Positions 52,627 to 54,512 of a stretch of 54,512 nucleotides of DNA are shown one piece after another. The translations under genes and the position numbers were made by a program. A model generated the notes under the pieces. It had not been told where the DNA came from. It was given only the letters and a program-made list of their open reading frames with translations, and did no database searches. The DNA comes from Candidatus Sericytochromatia bacterium (GTDB taxonomy: Bacteria; Cyanobacteriota; Sericytochromatia; S15B-MN24; UBA4093), in assembly GCA_036676495.1 (NCBI GenBank), contig JAKFCT010000037.1, positions 1 through 54,512 of the forward strand, given 5' to 3'. Within the stretch, counting starts at the first letter, position 1. Every line of letters starts with the position of its first letter.

Positions 52627-53997
52627 CTAGCCCTTGATCTGGTGGGTCAGCTGCTGGAGGAGACCGGCGAGCGCGGTATCGGTGGCCAGGAGCTTGTGGA
52701 CCTTGTCCCAGGCGTGAAGGACCGTGGTGTGGTCGCGGCCTCCGAACTCGGCGCCGATGGTGGGCAGGGAGGAGTCGGTGAGCTCGCGCGAGAGGTACAT
52801 GGCGATCTGGCGGGCCCAGGAGACTTCCTTGGTGCGGCGCTGGCCGACCAGCTCGGCTTCCGAGAGGTGGAAGTGGTCGCCGACGATCTCGCGGATCCGG
52901 GCGATGGTGACGGGCTTGCGCTGGGCGACGCCCAGGACCTGCATGGCGAGATCGACCGTGGGCGTGACTCCCGTGAGGGAGGCGTAGGCCATGACGCGGA
53001 TGAAGGCTCCTTCGAGCTCGCGGACGTTGTTCTGGTAGGCGGTCGCGATGTAGGCGATCACCTGGTCGTCGACGTCGAGCATGTCGGAGTCGGCCTTCTT
53101 CTTGAGAATGGCCATGCGGGTCTCGAGGTCGGGGGTCTGGATGTCGGAAAGCAGGCCCCACTCGAAGCGGCTGCGCAGGCGGTCTTCGAGGGCCTTGAGA
53201 TCCTTGGGGGGGCGATCGCTCGAGAGCACGATCTGCTTGCCGGCCTCGTAGAGGGCGTTGAAGGTGTGGAAGAACTCCTCTTCGGTCCGGCCCTTGCCCT
53301 CGATGAACTGGATATCGTCGATCAAGAGGAGATCGATGTTCCGGTAGCGGGTCCGGAACTCGGGCATGCGGTCTTCCTTGATGGAGTTGATCAGCTCGTT
53401 GGTGAACTTCTCGCTCGACAGGTAGGCGACCTTGGTATGGGGGTTGCGGGCGAGCATGTGATGGCCGATGGCATGCATGAGGTGGGTCTTGCCGAGGCCG
53501 ACGCCGCCGTAGATGAAGAGGGGGTTGTAGGCCTTGGCGGGGTTCTCGGCGACGGCGATCGCCGCGGCATGGGCGAAGCGGCTGTGGTTGCCGACCACGA
53601 AGGTCTCGAAGGTGTACTTGGGGTTGAGGATCCCGTAGGTGGGGCTGGGCGGCGGGCCGGAGGGGATGGGGGCCGTCGCGTAGCCGGCCGGGCCGTCGGG
53701 GGTGTCCCGGCGGGTCCCGGCGGCCTGCAGTTCGGCGCTGCGCGTTTCGGCGCTGGCGGTTCGCAGCGCGACGCGCAGGCCCGCTCCGCCGGCCTCGTTG
53801 AGGGCATGGTGGACGTCCGGGAGGTTCTTGGTGATCCAGTCGCGGGCGAACTCGTTGGGGGTCTCGACGGTGAGGGTCTGATCTCCCGGATCGATCGCGA
53901 TCGCGCGGGAGGGCTTCACCCAGGTCTCGAAGGAGGGCGGACTCATCCGGGTGCGGAGGATGGTCTTCGTACGCTGCCAGAGGTCTTCGGCTTGCAT
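52627..53997 (-). CDS. dnaA: Chromosomal replication initiator DnaA
   Basis: NPKYTFETFVVG, YGGVGLGKTHL, LLIDDIQF, NVRELEG, GGRDHTTV. Confidence 0.99.
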   Translation of the reverse strand: MQAEDLWQRTKTILRTRMSPPSFETWVKPSRAIAIDPGDQTLTVETPNEFARDWITKNLPDVHHALNEAGGAGLRVALRTASAETRSAELQAAGTRRDTPDGPAGYATAPIPSGPPPSPTYGILNPKYTFETFVVGNHSRFAHAAAIAVAENPAKAYNPLFIYGGVGLGKTHLMHAIGHHMLARNPHTKVAYLSSEKFTNELINSIKEDRMPEFRTRYRNIDLLLIDDIQFIEGKGRTEEEFFHTFNALYEAGKQIVLSSDRPPKDLKALEDRLRSRFEWGLLSDIQTPDLETRMAILKKKADSDMLDVDDQVIAYIATAYQNNVRELEGAFIRVMAYASLTGVTPTVDLAMQVLGVAQRKPVTIARIREIVGDHFHLSEAELVGQRRTKEVSWARQIAMYLSRELTDSSLPTIGAEFGGRDHTTVLHAWDKVHKLLATDTALAGLLQQLTHQIKG

Positions 53998-54389
53998 GGG
54001 AACTCCTCGGATCACGGGGCGACTTCCACGCTTCTCACGAGGCGGGAACACGGGTTGCAGCCGCTTGCCAGTCTAAAAGGTCGGCGACGGGCGCCTCGGA
54101 AGGGGTTGGCGATCGCAAATCGGCTAGGGGAGGCCCGCGGCTGCGAAAGCAAGGCAGGAAACCCCCTGGGATCGATCAGTCTACCTCCGAAACGCCCTTC
54201 AAGCTAGGGTTATCTCCCGCGTTTTTCGGATCGCATCCTGTAAAGTTTTCTGATCCAGCGAGGGAGCGATTGAAACCAGGTAAAATCCATGCTAAGCTTT
54301 CGGATCTTGACTGGGCCGGATTCTGCCCCGTCGCCTGATTTCAACAATTAGACGCCCCCCTGGGGCGGCCACAGGGAGGTGAACCCAAC

Positions 54390-54512
54390 ATGGCTCAGCA
54401 AGCATTGACGTTCCGTCACGGCGGCAAGAAGCGCAAGCGCGCGAAGACCCACGGCTTCCTCGTCCGCATGAGCACCAAGAACGGCCGGCGCGTGATCAAG
54501 GCCCGCCGCGCG
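54390..54512 (+). CDS. rpmH: 50S ribosomal protein L34 (3' truncated by window)
   Basis: GGAGGT SD; MAQQALTFRHGGKKRKRAKTHGFLVRMSTKNGRRVIKARRA; divergent from dnaA. Confidence 0.93.
   Translation, partial: MAQQALTFRHGGKKRKRAKTHGFLVRMSTKNGRRVIKARRA

Noticed and set aside
1-54512. tRNA, rRNA, integrase, canonical transposase, reverse transcriptase
   Set aside because: None recognised by inspection

Overview
GC-rich bacterial chromosomal window ending at the replication origin (rpmH / dnaA - inserted lipoprotein - DnaA-box cluster with DnaA-trios - dnaN ... recF). The lineage is uncertain; the LISNNAGG-repeat lipoprotein and frequent TAG stops suggest a non-photosynthetic cyanobacterial relative such as Sericytochromatia (inference only). 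Housekeeping genes (glnA, hemCD, ribF, aroE, psuG, purB) are interspersed with hydrolases, lipoproteins and a CstR-type persulfide/thiosulfate island (rhodanese-MBL, tusA, DsrE2, YeiH, tsdA) flanked by two paralogous TlpA genes. Two candidate novel systems stand out. (1) A ~540-bp palindromic-armed element whose only gene is a DUF559/Vsr-like nuclease (46212-46750), a gene-less 172-bp copy of the same arms (30230-30401) and a solo end (21380-21451); the two full copies reconstruct to insertion at CTAG stop-codon sites with a TA duplication. (2) Two lipoprotein operons (2501-6796 and 23740-27570) in which C-terminal G-x-[LV]-x-[LVF]-x-I-[EQ] tails mirror the N-terminal strand of the next gene's product, and the last gene lacks the tail, suggesting a type-V-pilus-like donor-strand-exchange chain. 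All calls are from reading the sequence; no searches were run.
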